The notes beneath the pieces were generated by a model that was given only the letters and a program-made list of their open reading frames with translations, had not been told where the DNA came from and did not search any database. Position numbers and translations under genes: made by a program. A stretch of DNA of 64,000 bases from NCBI GenBank assembly GCA_016748015.1, contig JAAOMT010000697.1, positions 194,868 through 258,867 on the forward strand, written 5' to 3'. The DNA comes from Geosiphon pyriformis uo1 (lineage: Eukaryota; Fungi; Glomeromycota). Shown one piece after another: positions 21,681-35,941 of this stretch (positions are counted from its first letter, which is position 1; each line of letters opens with the position of its first letter).

Positions 21681-23075
21681 ATGCGCTTTTCCAGGACTTC
21701 ATTCATTATCAGACTAGTACCTCTCCCTACGACTTGGCGAAGTGGCTTTCATACTCATGTTGGCCCTCTTTACAGCCGTAAAATAACCAGAAAACCATAC
21801 GCGCCAAAAGTACACCCCAAAGATGTAATACCGCCTTCCTTAAGTGCTTTTGGAGCACGTTTAGGACTTCGATTTTCTGATCCGAATACTCTCTTACAAG
21901 TTGTCATTGATGAATCTTACCAAGATACCGATCTACCCTCTAACAAGAAATTTAAAATAATAGGTAAGTTTTACACATAGCTTCGTTTGTTTACAATAGT
22001 ATTGACGACCTCGTAATTATAGGGGAAAAAGTCTGTCGTCTTTTCGTGACGGAACACTTTCACATTAAATACCCCTTAATGCCGTTGCCCACGCTTCAAG
22101 AATTGATTAAAGTGTATATCGGGCCTGAGACCTTAAATATTTTTGGACAGGAAATCGGTTTACCTAATGTTCTTCGATATCAAAAGGTTCGTTGCTTGAT
22201 TTAATCAAACTTAAAACATCAATTAGAAAGAATTTCTCTCTATTATTACATGAATTTGATCACAATTAAAAGATCCTTAGATAACAGATCAGATGAAAGG
22301 AATGGATTTTCTTTCAGAGACGGCCGAGCCTAAACACACCTATGAAAGCCCTATGCCCCAGAAAGCCAAGAAATCAGTAAACGTTTCTTTAGCAGAAGCT
22401 ATGATTCACTCGATTCACGCTATCATTGGTGCTTTATATCTAGATCAGGGAATATATTAAGCTCTTTTTATTTAATTTTCAAATTTTTAGCTCCACTTAC
22501 AATATTGAATTCATCTCAAAAAATTATAGGGCCCTTTAGCCGCTAGGCAATTTGTGCATTCCTTTATTTTGACACGGGAAGCGAACGTAGGACTTCTATA
22601 TGAAAGTCATTGTAAGCTTCCCAAAGCAGAACTATCAGTACTAATGAAACGATTAGGACAAATCCCACCTATCTCCAGGCAAATAACTGTCCCCTTTAAT
22701 AATGAGTAATCCATATAATGCTAATTCTTTAATCAAACATATTTAACTCAGAATGCTGAAGGAGACGGGGCGCAATACAAGGAGTCCAGTTTTTGTGATT
22801 GGAATTTTTTCGGGGATTGATAAACTTGCTGAATCTTATGGTAGTTCCATCAAGATGGCAGAATTCAAGGTGAATCAATCGATTTCAAAAGTGTTAAGAG
22901 ACACTAACTTAAGATTAACATGAAATCTTGATTTTTAACCTTTCAGGCTGCAAGAGAGGCTCTCAAGCTATATTATTTAAAGGAGGTGAAGGATTACACC
23001 TTACCATCGGAAGTCCTTAAAGGTGATATTAAATACATTCCCACCAAGGTCGGTGATACACCAGTTATAATATAA
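21681..23075 (+). CDS. MRPL3: Mitochondrial ribosomal protein mL44 (RNase III-like + dsRBD)
   Basis: LSAFGARLGL, AIIGALYLDQGPLAARQFV, PPISRMLKETGR..SPVFVIGIFSG.DKLAESYGSSIKMAEFKAAREALKLYYL. Presequence-like N-terminus; 6 exons. Confidence 0.88.
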
Positions 23076-23323
23076 AGGGATCTTTTCAGAGCATTTAAAA
23101 ATATTCTTTACACTTGGCTTAATTGAAACCATTTTTGGTTTCTCTTGAGCTCTTAATTCAAATGAATTAAATTTCATTATTTATCGAAATAATGAAAAAC
23201 CCTGTGGTAGGATTGGCACCCCCAAAATAAAATTAGTAAAACTTGAATTACTGATTAAAACAATAATAAATCCACAAAAGAAAAATTAAACGAAACCTAG
23301 GAGAAGTTGAAGCTAAATACTTT

Positions 23324-24706
23324 TTAATAGGGCCTAAACCGTCTTGCTTCTCTAAGTTGAGCAATTTTTTCTCGGTCTTCTTGAAACTTCTTGCGAAGTT
23401 CAACGAGTTCTTCAAAATGGGAATTGACCCGATTAATTAAACTTTGAACGTATTGAATAACATAGGAAATGAACAGTAAAGTACTTACTGTTTCGCTTGA
23501 CCTCCCGCATTTGAAATCGATAGAAATCAACCAATTCCTTTTTCTTTGGTTTTAGTTTCACAATATTTTCATGTTTAGCCGCAGTAACATAAATTTTGCC
23601 ATCAGTATTGGTGTTTCGCCTAGCAGCTCTTGTTACTAAGATAAAACCATCTTCATCAGGTTGATTCAATTGAGCCTCTAGCGCTAGTTGACGTTCTTGC
23701 TCAGCTAATTCGAAGTGACGCATAAATTCATCAATATTGGTTTGAAGTTTCTCATGATCTCTACAGATTTTGTACTCTTGAAGCCATTCTGCTAGGATAT
23801 AAGATATAAAGGTCATATCTTTAGCTATTCAGAAAAAGAAATCGTGTGGAAGATCAATTACATACTCTCCATGCCTAATGGGGGGATTTCTTCATCCCCT
23901 AAGCTCCATATCCTTTTCTCTTGCCTCATATTCAATGCTTTTATGAGACTATTTTTCTCTGCAAAAATAACATGAGCAGAAGATCCAGGTGACAATAATT
24001 GCCTAATTTTGCCAATTTCATGTATCTCATCTGATTGCATTGGCATTAATACCTGATCCGCCTGATGCCTTTTCTTTCTTGATCTTTTTCTATCACCTTT
24101 GTTCGCCTTTGAATCAGCAATTTCTGTACCAACCTTATTGGCCTTATTTGGTGTCTCTCTGGTTTGAGCAGCACTTGGAAACTCGTCATCAGATTTTATT
24201 ATACCGTGAAATATCACTCTTTCCACAATTCCGCACTCCTTAAACAAATGCTTGATATGTTCTTCGGTCGTATCAACTGGTATGTTTGTGACAAACAAAA
24301 CTTTATCTGCAGGTACGTCCGAGCTTGTATCTCGTGTTTCATGTTGTTTAAAGTAGCAATAGTGAACAGCCTCAGGAGGAGCGTTGACAACTTCTATAGA
24401 AAATGGCATGAGGATTGGAAGTATTTTGAATCCAGTCTGCGGTACCTCTAGCAGGGGTCCTGGTTGCGGTGTAGAGGATGACACAATTACCTGTGCTTTC
24501 TCTTTAAAGGATGCATTGTCACTAGTATTATAGTGATCGGGATGGTTTTCTTGTTGCTCCTTAATGGAGCCTTTTCTTATTTTTTTTACTTTTGTCTTTT
24601 CTAAGCAATCCAGAACCATTGATGGCTCCAAAGAACCCGCAAGTTTTTGTCGCGGCTGGTTATATCCACTATTTGGCTTTTTGTTAAATTTTCTTCGGGT
24701 ACCCAT
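23324..24706 (-). CDS. RRP7: Ribosomal RNA-processing protein 7
   Basis: RRM VLFVTNIPVDTTEEHIKHLF; PDEDGFILVTR; LVDFYRFQMRE; LRKKFQEDREKIAQLREARRFRPY. Confidence 0.92.
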
Positions 24707-25264
24707 GTTATTTCACAATAGGGCTCCTTGTTGTCTACTTAATAGCACAATCTAATTACCTGTGATGATTATCAACCAAATGACTAGTCTCGTGTATTTG
24801 ATGGTGTACATCATCTTTGATATATATTAACACAAATATTTGTCAAAGAATCGGTTACAGGTATTAATAAAAAAATGACATTTATATAAAAGCACCGAAC
24901 CCACATAAATCAAATGTTCTAGTTTCTATCACCCTTGAAAAATTACTAGGCTTATACTGAAAAGGCAACCCTCCCTCTTAATCTGAAGATTCATGAGTTA
25001 ATTTACACATGACCATGGGCGACAGGAAAATTGTCTATAATGAATATTAACAGAAAATATTTTAGTTAAGGGTTGCAATGGAGGAGATAAAACTCATAAA
25101 AATTCCCAAAAAATAGCACAAAGCTCGAGCATAGTGCTTCTATCCCCCTCGGTTTTAGAGTGGACTCTATCTTTCAAGCGCCGTTATAAATATAGCAAAT
25201 AATAACATATAAAGATATCGCATCTGCTCTTTTTGATCTCAGAATTAATTCTTGTTACTTCTCA

Positions 25265-27782
25265 CTATTTCCTCATTGTTTCTAACATAGCCAATGTTTT
25301 ACGTGCTAGAACAGCTATTTCCGCTTCGTCCGAATCGTCATCATCACCGGACAGGGGCTCTCCACCATCGGTGCCTACTTGGTTGAACCCAATATCTGCG
25401 AGGCTATTTATGGCCGAGATAATAGCATTTGACGAAGAAATTTTGGCAACTAATTGGGGATCTATTTAAATTATATAGAGGCACTTATTAGCTTCGTAGG
25501 GTAATCAAAACTGAATAAAACACATACCTCTCCCTTCTAAATATTGCACAATCGTCCATACGGCAATATGCTGAAATGTCTTGTCAGTGCTGTTGAGGAA
25601 ACGTTGTAAATAGCCATGTAAACCATTAGCTGGGTGATCCCAGACCGCTACAAAAGGCGTGTAGTCCTGAACTGGAATATATGCATATATCAATTAAACA
25701 TAAAACTAAAATAAAATTATTATCAAAAAACTTTTCTACTTTTTGAAGACAAATTCCCAATGGCAGCGGCGCTATTCCCTTGTACCTCGACACTTTGAGA
25801 ATCTGTCAATGGAAGCAAAACTTGACAGATTCCAAGTTTAAGCAAGCGCGGTTTTAACTCATCTAGAAAAAAGAAGAAACATAATCAAACCTTTTCAGGA
25901 AATTAAATAACCATTCTAAAGCAAATGGATTTATTACCACTTAATGCTAACACCGCCACGCAAGCAGTCATCTCGCTTTGTACACCTAGAGGGACATTTA
26001 AAACTAATTCTCGCACTCTTTCAACAGCACCTGCGTCAATAATAGCTCGTTTATTTCTTTCAGAACTGGCAGCCAAGTTTCTCAGTGTACTTATAGCATG
26101 ACATTGAATTTCTTCATTTTCATCGAAAGCCAAAAGGTATATTAAAGGTTGCAAGAAACCAGCATCGATGATAGGTGATTCATTGAGAGGATGGATAGAA
26201 ATGTTTCTAATGCAAGCAACTGATGAAAGTATCAAAGGCAGAAAAGACGTATTCAAAAGGCGGAGGAGCGGTGGTAGACCACGAGAACGAACAATTTCAA
26301 TTTGGTATTTTTCTATTTTGAAAACTTTTAGTTAGATGTGTAACAAAAAATTTTTAATGTCCACATTGGAAAAAAATTTTTATACCATCGGAGGCCAAGT
26401 TACGTAGTGCCAGAGCAGCTTGGCATTGTACTTTTAAAGAAGTGGAATCCATTAATCCAATTAAAGATTGTACTAGTCGTGACTCGGTCTGAGCAAGCTT
26501 TTTACGATTAAGTGCTATCAGATTGGATAAATTAATTAATCTAAAACCTTTGAATTAATTAATTAATTAATTAATTATATTTATTGGATCCTACCATCCA
26601 CGGCAATATTACTTATCGCAGTCGTACAGTAGTATTGTACATCGGTATCAGGTGAATTTAACAGACTAACTAACACTGGTATGGCCCCAGCGTTTACTAG
26701 CTGTTGTCTATTTTCGTCTACAAAAAATTTGCAAAGAGTAAATTACTAGAATCATCCATGATTACGAAGACAAAAGCTCATGGAAATAGCACGATACCAG
26801 AATGTGTCATATTCAACAATGCTCCCGTGGCATTTCTTTGAACGCGCATATCTTTTGAGCGAGCGAGACGCGTCAAAGGGACTAAAGCGCCTGACTTTGC
26901 AATTTTGGATTTATTTTCATCTAATAGAGAGAACAATAAGGTTCCCATTATTAAAGATATAGAATCAACATCAGTAAACTAGTTTAATACCGTGTGTTGC
27001 TAGGTTTGTTATGCATCCGACAGCGTTACATTGTACTTCGACGTTTGGTGACAACATTTGACGAATTAAAGGCTCTAATCCTCCCATCTGAACAATGAGC
27101 AGCTTATTATCAGCTAATGTTAGAAAATTAAATAAATATCACCACTATTTCATGTTGAAAGATATTCAAATGAAAGCAATCATAGAAAGCTTACGATTAA
27201 CCGCTAGATTCCCAAGTGCTGCGGAGGCTGCCCTTTGAACTTCAACATCATGTGATTGAAGCAGAAACATGATGGGATCCATTGTTTCCCGGTCAACCTC
27301 TCTCACATCTGATTGAATTTTGTAAGATGATGAGATAAAAAAAATAGTGTAAATTGAATGGCTTTGAAAACGCATTAACCTTTTTCGGTAATCTCCGCAA
27401 ATGCTAAAGCCGCTGACCGTTGTAAATCTACATTATCTGAGAAGGCCAATATCGATAAAGCACGTAATGGGTCACCTTCAAAGAAATTTGTTTCTGCTCG
27501 GTCTAAATAAATTTTTAATCACAATAAATAAGAAAATTAAAGGGTAAAAGAATTTTGGAATCAATCTCGATTATATCTCACTATGAAGATGTGTCAATAG
27601 CTCGGCTACTGCATCACGTTCATCGTCTTGTAATGGTGGCTCATAGAGCACGTTCCTTGACCTTTCTGTATAATAGAATCAACAGTAAGCAGCTTTGTCG
27701 AGACTTAAGCCAGCTGAAGCACAGCCTAAAGATTTACTCGGTCCATACTTCCACCAAAACAGCACGAAAGGCAAGCACCCAT
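25265..27782 (-). CDS. VAC8: Vacuolar protein 8 (armadillo repeats)
   Basis: MGACLSCC acylation N-terminus; [15 protein letters not shown]; [16 protein letters not shown]; [20 protein letters not shown]; [15 protein letters not shown]. Multi-exon. Confidence 0.95.
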
Positions 27783-28270
27783 TTTATATGGCTATAGTTT
27801 GAGATGAATGAAGCAAAAAGGTTGCCATATTGAAATTTCATTATTTTTTATGAAGTAAACTTGGGACGCGTGTCAAAGAAAAGTTATAATATTTTATGTC
27901 TTCAAATTGAAATTACGCACAGTAAAATTAAATGCGTTAAAGCTGAAGCGTGAGAGTAAAAAGAACTCAATACCCACACTCCAGACACTCGTTAAGGGTT
28001 TATTACGGTGAACAAAGAGAGGAAGTCCAACCGTTAGGAATGGTCATAAATTTTCGAGAGGCAAAAGGAAAAGGAATTTCGTTATTGAGAAGAATAGATA
28101 ACGTTGGCGCTACTATTATGCGGCTAGGTTGGTTCGTGACACCAAACAAAAGATGGTAGATCATGATTGTACATTTGATTCGAAGTCTAGTATTGTCTCG
28201 CGAGGTTTGCCCCCAAACTTTCCACTTTCCTTCTTAGCTAATTTAATTTATAACGGGAAGTCCCAGAAAT

Positions 28271-29577
28271 ATGGGCAAACATAAAGAAAAATCAAAAGGT
28301 GGTTCCAGTTCCGCTTTTGCTGCATACTTGGCAAATTTGCCTTGTTCTGAAAATTCAAATTTTGGTAAGAAAATAAGGTTTTTCTCGCAAACATAACACA
28401 AATCATATTGTTGTATTGTCTTTTACTTAATTATAATTTAGAAAATGGAAAAGCACCATTACCCAATAATATGGTAAGTTAACTTTGGAAAATTTTCGTC
28501 GAAATTTTGAAAACTAGGATTAAACTTTATGCATGTAAACTTTAATAACTTACTCTCAGAAAGCCTCCACCTTGCTGGAACAAATTGGAGCAGAACGTTC
28601 ATGGTACGAGGATCAAATAAATTCAGACTTGTCAATTCTGGAAAGAAATCGAATATATACAGTCACAGATCTTCGTATCCTGTCTCGCGAAAGTTGGACG
28701 GTTTGTTATTTCTTTAGAGAATTGAATTTACATTTATTGCTGAGATATAATGAAAAAAGGCTTTTTTTGGTTGGTTAAATAGCAAATTGAACTTTTACCA
28801 ATTGTCAAAGACTTGCTCCGTGAGGCTGTTCACCGCGGTCAACCGTCGCAAGGTAAATTTTTATTTCATGAAGCAAACCTCATGATCTATCTGAACTAAA
28901 TTTACACTCAATCTTATTATTAAAATTGAAAGATGAAAAATATCAAATAAAGAAGGCAGAGAAAAAAGCTTTGAAAGCTTTAAAGAAACAAGAAAAGAAT
29001 GAAAAGCGAGATAAAAAAGAAAATGAAGAGATCAAAAGGAGCCAAATTGTCAGCGAAGAAGGATGCATGAGCGTAGAAAGCATAATAATTGAACTTCCTG
29101 AGAGTGTGGAAAATAAGGAAAAGGATCAAAAGGGCCATAATTATTCATCTCCTTCCTCTGAATCATCCTCGTGTGAATCATCTGATGAATTAGAAACTAA
29201 ACTAAAAAATGGTACATCATCTGTTGGAATTGGTCTGCCCTCGGCTTATAACAGCTCTGCACCTAGACAGAACAAACAAATAATTGGCAATAGACTCCGA
29301 ATCAGGACACCTACTGGAAAAGCGTACGAAGTTGACCGTTATTGCCCACATAAAAACGCGGATTTGGCCTCAAGGGTGAGAAACATGATTAAACTAATCT
29401 TACAATCAATTTCTTTTTATCCACCATTTATATTTTATTTCTACAAAATCAAAGGGAGTTATCCTTGGCTCAAAATTGGTTTGCACAAAGCATAATTGGG
29501 AATTCTCCCTAGATCAAGGGGGTAGATGTGTTCGTCATGGCTCTACAATCAATGCATGTGTAGTAAATGATTGGTAG
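28271..29577 (+). CDS. Rieske [2Fe-2S] domain protein with N-terminal small helical (SAM-like) domain and Lys/Ser-rich linker
   Basis: Spliced C-terminus YEVDRYCPHKNADLASRGVILGSKLVCTKHNWEFSL contains CxH...CxxH. Confidence 0.8.
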
Positions 29578-30737
29578 ATTCGAATTCTTGGCTTTGCAAA
29601 AAAGTCCACCGAAACGGTTAAGGATTGTTTTCCGGAATTATATTTATCCATTTTATTTCTCGTAAGTTAAAAAGCCTTAATTGTTCGAGTTTTTTTTTTA
29701 TCAAACAAAAAAATATACACGAACTTAATAATTAATTGATTGAGGTTGAAAATAATTTCAAATAAAATGATCGCTAAAAACGTTTCATTTCACCACCCAG
29801 CCATTCAATTTTTATCCCACAAGTTATGTCCTTTCCTGGATTTGTACTAATTTTATATCAAAATGATATTTATAGTGACAGAAAAGTTAAATCAAGTTTT
29901 TAATTTAAATTCCCTAATATCCACTGCCATTTACAAAAGAGAGACCTTATGTCATGATGTCCGTGCTGTTGGTACCTAAAAAAATTTAGGCTTGCATGCA
30001 TAAGCTATAAAAGTTAAGTTTTGTTTAAAAATTTCCCAATCTCGACGTATTACAAAAAGCTCAAGAAAATAGTTGAACAAACATTTACTATTAAAAAAGT
30101 TTAGATTATTCCCTATAAATGGTGCAAAGAACCATTGGTTGGCTTAGTGATGTATTTTTCTTATAAATTTTAAGCCCAACCAGTAAAATGACCCCCCGAT
30201 ATAGATAGGTTAATATCTATCCAAGGCTCATGTGATTGATTTGTTCAATCCCATGCACATGAGTTTTTTTTAAGTGTCCCAAGAATCATTAAGAAAAAAT
30301 ACCTCCTAATAAAATTTATTTTCCAAAAAGGCGCGAGACAAAAACAAGGCTTATTATTTTTTGCCTTTTATAGATTTCTTTCTGTCTCTCCATTCAGAAT
30401 GATTTCTTTTCACAGCCTACAGATGTATAAAGGAGCTTGTGGCTTCTATATTGGCAGTTTTTCAACTATTTTCACAGCCTTCTAGACCGCCTCGCTTTCC
30501 CACGTATTAAATCTTTCCCGGACATTTTTCATACTGCAGCAATTCCTCTTAAATATCGGTTCATACTTTCCTTAAACAATTTCCTCTTCTTTTTATAGCT
30601 TTATTAAATAATTTTTGGATATTCAAGTAACATCATTGTCTTTTTGTTTAACTCTTCCGTTCACAATCGACACCTGTACATATAGAACCTGAAACGTCGA
30701 AGTAAACGGACCTTTCAGATCTTTCTCTCGTGTCACA

Positions 30738-31895
30738 ATGCGCAAACTTATTCCCAAAAGTATCAATTCGCAGCTGCCAATGCTCATTGCCTATTTCCTA
30801 TTATGTTTGTTGGTAAGCACCTTCGCTATGCCTTTGAGTAAACGCGATGAACCCGGCAACCCTACAAATCCCAGCAATGATGCTGATATCAACTATTCAG
30901 GATCAAAAGATAATTCCACTGGTAAATTTCATACACCACAAATCTTACGCGTTTTTGATTGAAACTAACTGCGGTTTATAATTTTCTCTATGCTCACACG
31001 CGTAAAAAGGCAAAATCACCACACAGGACACAATTTTTGGCATTGTATTGATATCTTTAGGTATTATATATTGTTTCTTTGGAAGAAAATTCTACTCGGT
31101 AACCTTCTTCTTGGTTGGCTTTTATGTTGGAGGTAAATTGAAGTTTCTCAGGATTTTACATCACCACTCGAATCTCTGAATAATATCTAAATCTTTTCTA
31201 TTAGGCTTGATCTCATTGGTCATATTATCAAATGCTGAGCCGGCTGATAAAGGTTACGGTAAAGCATCAGATGCTATATACATTGTAGTCCCCCTTCTTG
31301 CCGGCTTGCTCTTTGGTTCGCTATTTGCCTTCTTCTCAGAAGTTGCAATCTGGGCATTGGGTGCACTTGGGGGTTAGTATAATTCTTTTAAATTTTGTAA
31401 TAATACTTCATTTCAGAAAAACACATAGATTTACATCGCTTTTATTTTATAGGTTATGTTCTCGCAGTCTTTATCCTTTCATTGTCTGAAAACGGGCTCA
31501 TTGCTTCCAAAATTGGACGAATCGTATTTATTCTTGCGATCGTCATAATTAGTGTCTCGTTGTCCATATTTTTCCAGAATATCATTATCATTCTGGGAAC
31601 CTCCCTAATAGGCTCATACAGTATCATAGCAGGTATAGATTTGTTTGCCAAAACAGGATTCTTGGATGCAATCCGCAGCTTCATGGACGGAAATCATCAT
31701 ATTATTTATAATTCCACCGTGAAAATACATTTAATGTTGGTTGGTGTGGTGGGATTATTTATCCTTGGGTCTATCATCCAATGGAGATATCATCGGGGTC
31801 CATTTGGTGATAAGAAGAAAGTCTCCCCAGATTATTCGACCCCTGCACCTGCACCTAAAAAGGATTGGAAAAAATCATTCAGACTTAAAGGTTAA
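30738..31895 (+). CDS. DUF4203 / TMEM198-like membrane protein with signal peptide
   Basis: GIVLISLGIIYCFFGRKFY...GALGGY...GTSLIGSYSIIAGIDLF..TGF...Q; 4 exons. Confidence 0.8.
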
Positions 31896-32447
31896 AGCAT
31901 TTCTCGATCAAAGATCATAATTCGATTGTTGAGCTTCTATTTATCCAAATTACATGGTTCAAATTAATGACGGACCATTTGTAATTGAACTTAGACTATG
32001 TAAAATTCACATAGGGACATGGACTAGTTCATTATCTTTAGAATTTTTACGTAGGGTTGAAATACTATTTTATGATTGGTTGATTCATTTTAAATTTTGA
32101 AACAGATATAGTAATATCATAATTTAACAAAAAACTCACTGACAAGACAATCATACGTGTATAATACAAGATTATTACTAAAACTGAAGGTGTCTTACTC
32201 AGCATAGTCATTATGCTTCACTTTAAAGTACAAACAACCCCACTCCAGAAATTTTTGAAACCCAACGCGATATCCTGAGTGAAATTTCACGAATTTATTA
32301 GTAGTAGCTTAATGACACTCATCATCAAAATGTTTTGTATAATAAAAATCCTATGGAATCTGTGCCGCAACAAAATCAACTATATTGACTTTTGGTAAAA
32401 AAGACTGAGTTTAACCCGTAGTTCCGAAAATTCTACATGTATTGACA

Positions 32448-33669
32448 TCAGTGCAAATTTTTTTCAGATGTCTTGGAAAAAATCCGAAGCTTGGCAGCGA
32501 TATCGGAAGATGTTGTCAACCATTCTGCATCAGATCCCAATTGCATTGCTAAATCGAATTTTTCAAATTCTTCGTTGTCAATATCCTCATTTTCACATCC
32601 ACAAAATTCTTCTTCTTCTAAGCCAAGCCAGTCATCATCATCGTCATCATCAAAGTCTTCCTCTTCATCGTCTAAATCACTTGAGCTTGGCAAACTGCGA
32701 TCTTCAATCACTGGTAAATTACATAGAATTACTCTTTTACCACCGGAAGGATTCGGTACACGTCTTAGTACTCCATATTCTCTCATTGCGGGAAGATTGG
32801 GTTCAGGAAAATGTACATATGTCTGATTTAACCCAATTAAAATTTTTTTTTCGATTTTAGTTTGGCCATCAATAACATCATGCCGTTTATGATTATTATT
32901 ATCATTATTATTATTAATCACGAGAATTTTATTTTCCCATGCATCGATTTCCACATCACGCTTTGTGGGCACTCTCTTTTTTAAATATCCAGTACGTCCA
33001 TTTTCATCATTATTTTTTGAGATAGAGTCTGACAACGAAGAAGATAAATATTCGTCGTCATCTTGCTCAACCTCAATACATCTTACACTTGTAGGATCTT
33101 GAGAATCATATGATACCAACATTCTACGCCGTTTTCTCGTCTTGGTATCTTTTTAAGGGTAATTATGGTAAATCAAAGTGAATATTTATGTATTTAGAAG
33201 GGGAGGTCAAAAAAAAACCGTTGTTACCTGGTATCTGTAATTTTGGTGTGGTTGATCCATCGGGCGATACAACAAAATATAATTTACGTTTAAGCTGCGG
33301 GTTCGATGGTGGAGGTAGAGGCCATATCGGACGAATGTTCTCGAACCTTTGCTTCGTTGCTTCCGTGAATTCTGTAAGCTCAATAGTGTCAGGGTAGCTT
33401 CTGGCATTCATATTTTTTCTAAAGATCTGTTGGAGACGAGTAGGTTCTGTTGACTTTCGCTTTTTGACCCCACCAGAGCGAAAAACCAAACGTGGTATGG
33501 GTATTGGTGGAGGGCGTGGTCTTGAAGAGTGAGTAGGAGTGTTTTTAACACTTTTCTTAATTAGTGTTTTGGAAAGCTCTAAGCGCAAACACCCAGAAGT
33601 TGGAGCGGCTTGCTTAAGCGAGCTGTCAATGAAAACTACGCTCTTGGGCGTCTCTCCTATGGACTCCAT
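32448..33669 (-). CDS. Hypothetical protein (basic N-half, acidic C-half), 2 exons
   Basis: The two ORFs are joined in frame by a GT-AG intron (~33151-33227: IPD-TKTRKRRRML). No recognised domain. Confidence 0.65.
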
Positions 33670-35941
33670 TTTTTTTGGAACAAACTTGGAAAGATCTGTT
33701 TAACAATTTATGATGAAATTGGCGGGAGAAGGGAGTGTTGCACTGGTCAATGTTGACACGCTATTCCCACGTTTACACCTTGTTTCACAAACTCAAAATT
33801 TTATTATTTTACCGTAATTTGCCGCCGGGTCTGTTACATTTCAACCCTTGATTTTTTGATTTAGACCCCCCCGGATCTATTGTTCAAAAGAGGGTATTGT
33901 ATTTGGGGGTTCGAATTTTATATATATATCACATGGCAATTAATTAATATTATAGACCCGGTAGTAATTTATTTAATACTGGTTTTTTTAAACTAATCAA
34001 GATTGTATTATATTAAAGTATCAATATTTTTTTTTTATTCGTTTAATAAGTGAGACCAACCACTATTTATTACAATACAACATAAGATATGTTTTAAGCC
34101 AATTAAGACTATATTACACACTTAATACAACCAAAATATCTGGCCAAATTTAAAAACAAATAATTTCTCTTAAAACCAAAATTAACCAAGTAATTTTTAA
34201 ATAAACCCAACTTTTACAGAATTTTTTTAAAACCAACAACCACTAAACTTTATATGTTAACAGATACTAAATTATTAATTAAAGTCTTTTTTTTTAAAAT
34301 TTATTCTTAATTTATTGAATATTTTAATTTTTTCTTTGTATATAACAATTAAACTTAAACAAAAAAATTTAGTATTTTGGTATTTTTAATAACTTACTAA
34401 ACCAATTTTTAAACACAATTTTTATATATATAAATATATAAAACCAGTTGTTTTTTATTAAGATTAAACAAAAACTAAAACATTATTAAAATTTTCTAAA
34501 AAACCAAAATAACAATAATTTTTTTAATATTTAAGTTTTTTATATATACAAATGTTTAATTAAAATTTTTAATTACTACAAATTTAATTTTTTTTTAATA
34601 ATTGTTTTATTTATTATTTATTAGCTTGTTATATAAATTTGCAATAATTTTAAAAAAAATTTTATTAAGAATTTTTATTTTATAAACAGACAAAATTAAA
34701 AACAACAAAAATTTTTTTAAAATACAAAAAATACTTAATGTATATTAAATAAATTTTTTTTTTTAAATTTTTTTTGTTTGAATTTGTTATGTTTAGTTTT
34801 TTGTTTAAGTTTTGTTAACAAATTAACAAATTAACAGAATTCAACATTTTTATTTGATTAAATAAATTGTTATAATAGCATAAAAATATTGAATATTAAA
34901 ATAAATAAACAAATAATTTGCTTAATAATCATAAAAAAATTTAAACAAACTATAGATATTTTTGTATAAATTAAAAAAGCCATCAAAATTAAATAATATT
35001 TTGTAAACAATGTTTTAATGCCAGCATAAATTAAAAAAAAGTTATTTTTAAAAAACTATTGTTAAAAAGAAAGCAAAATCAATATGTTAAATAAGATACA
35101 TATTGTTTTAAAAGAAATTTGGTATTTCTATTAATACACAATTATGGTAAACAAATTATTAAACCAGATTTAATATCAGTTGTCTATTTTTAAAATCAAA
35201 TTGGAATTTGAGTGTTCTAAGGTATTTGAGCCAAAAAGGTAAGTTTTTTTTGTTTAACAATATTTGGATATATGATTTCTCAATTACCGTTTTGAAATAA
35301 AAAAATCTAATTAAATACTTCTCTATCAAAATATGTTTTCGGGAATCATTCAGTCTTTTTTAGTGAACTCTTAAAGTAGTAATCTGTTTGAAATATAAGA
35401 TTTTAATGGATTTGACAAAATGTGTTCTTTATGGAATTAACCCATGATTTCGGTTGCGAAGTGTTTGATGAATTGAACCAAGGAGAGATATTAAAACCAT
35501 TTTTGGTGGTTCAGAAACAATTAAGATAATGATATTTAATCGGATAAAAAGGGTACCGTGCAGTATAGTCATTGAAAGTATTCAAAGTCTAAATGTAATA
35601 TTAATATTAAGTTAAAAAGGTGAACTCTCGATTCTACATTGATAAAGGTATTTTGTTCTATAGTGAATGTTATTAAGTATTTGGGAAAAAAAATACTAAT
35701 AGGATCATTGGTCCGTAAGGTCGGTAAAATAAAAAGTATTATAATAAGGATCGTTGTAGAAGGGAATATGGGTCAGTTAAATGGATGGGAAAACAGAAAA
35801 AATATGATTATCCTGAAAATTAATGAGGTTGGGCTATTTCATATCAATTTTAAATAGAAATATATAAATTTGAATTAGGGATGCTTGAATTTGTTTTATA
35901 AATCTAGAAATCTCTACTTTAGGGAAGGGCAAATGTTTGAT

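Noticed and set aside
24761-24822. GTGATGA...TTGA as a C/D snoRNA
   Set aside because: No CTGA box D or terminal stem; it lies in the RRP7 promoter.
30135-30184. ~11-bp inverted repeat (TGGTTGGCTTA/TAAGCCCAACCA) as a MITE
   Set aside because: Single, very short, no TSD and no second copy in the window.
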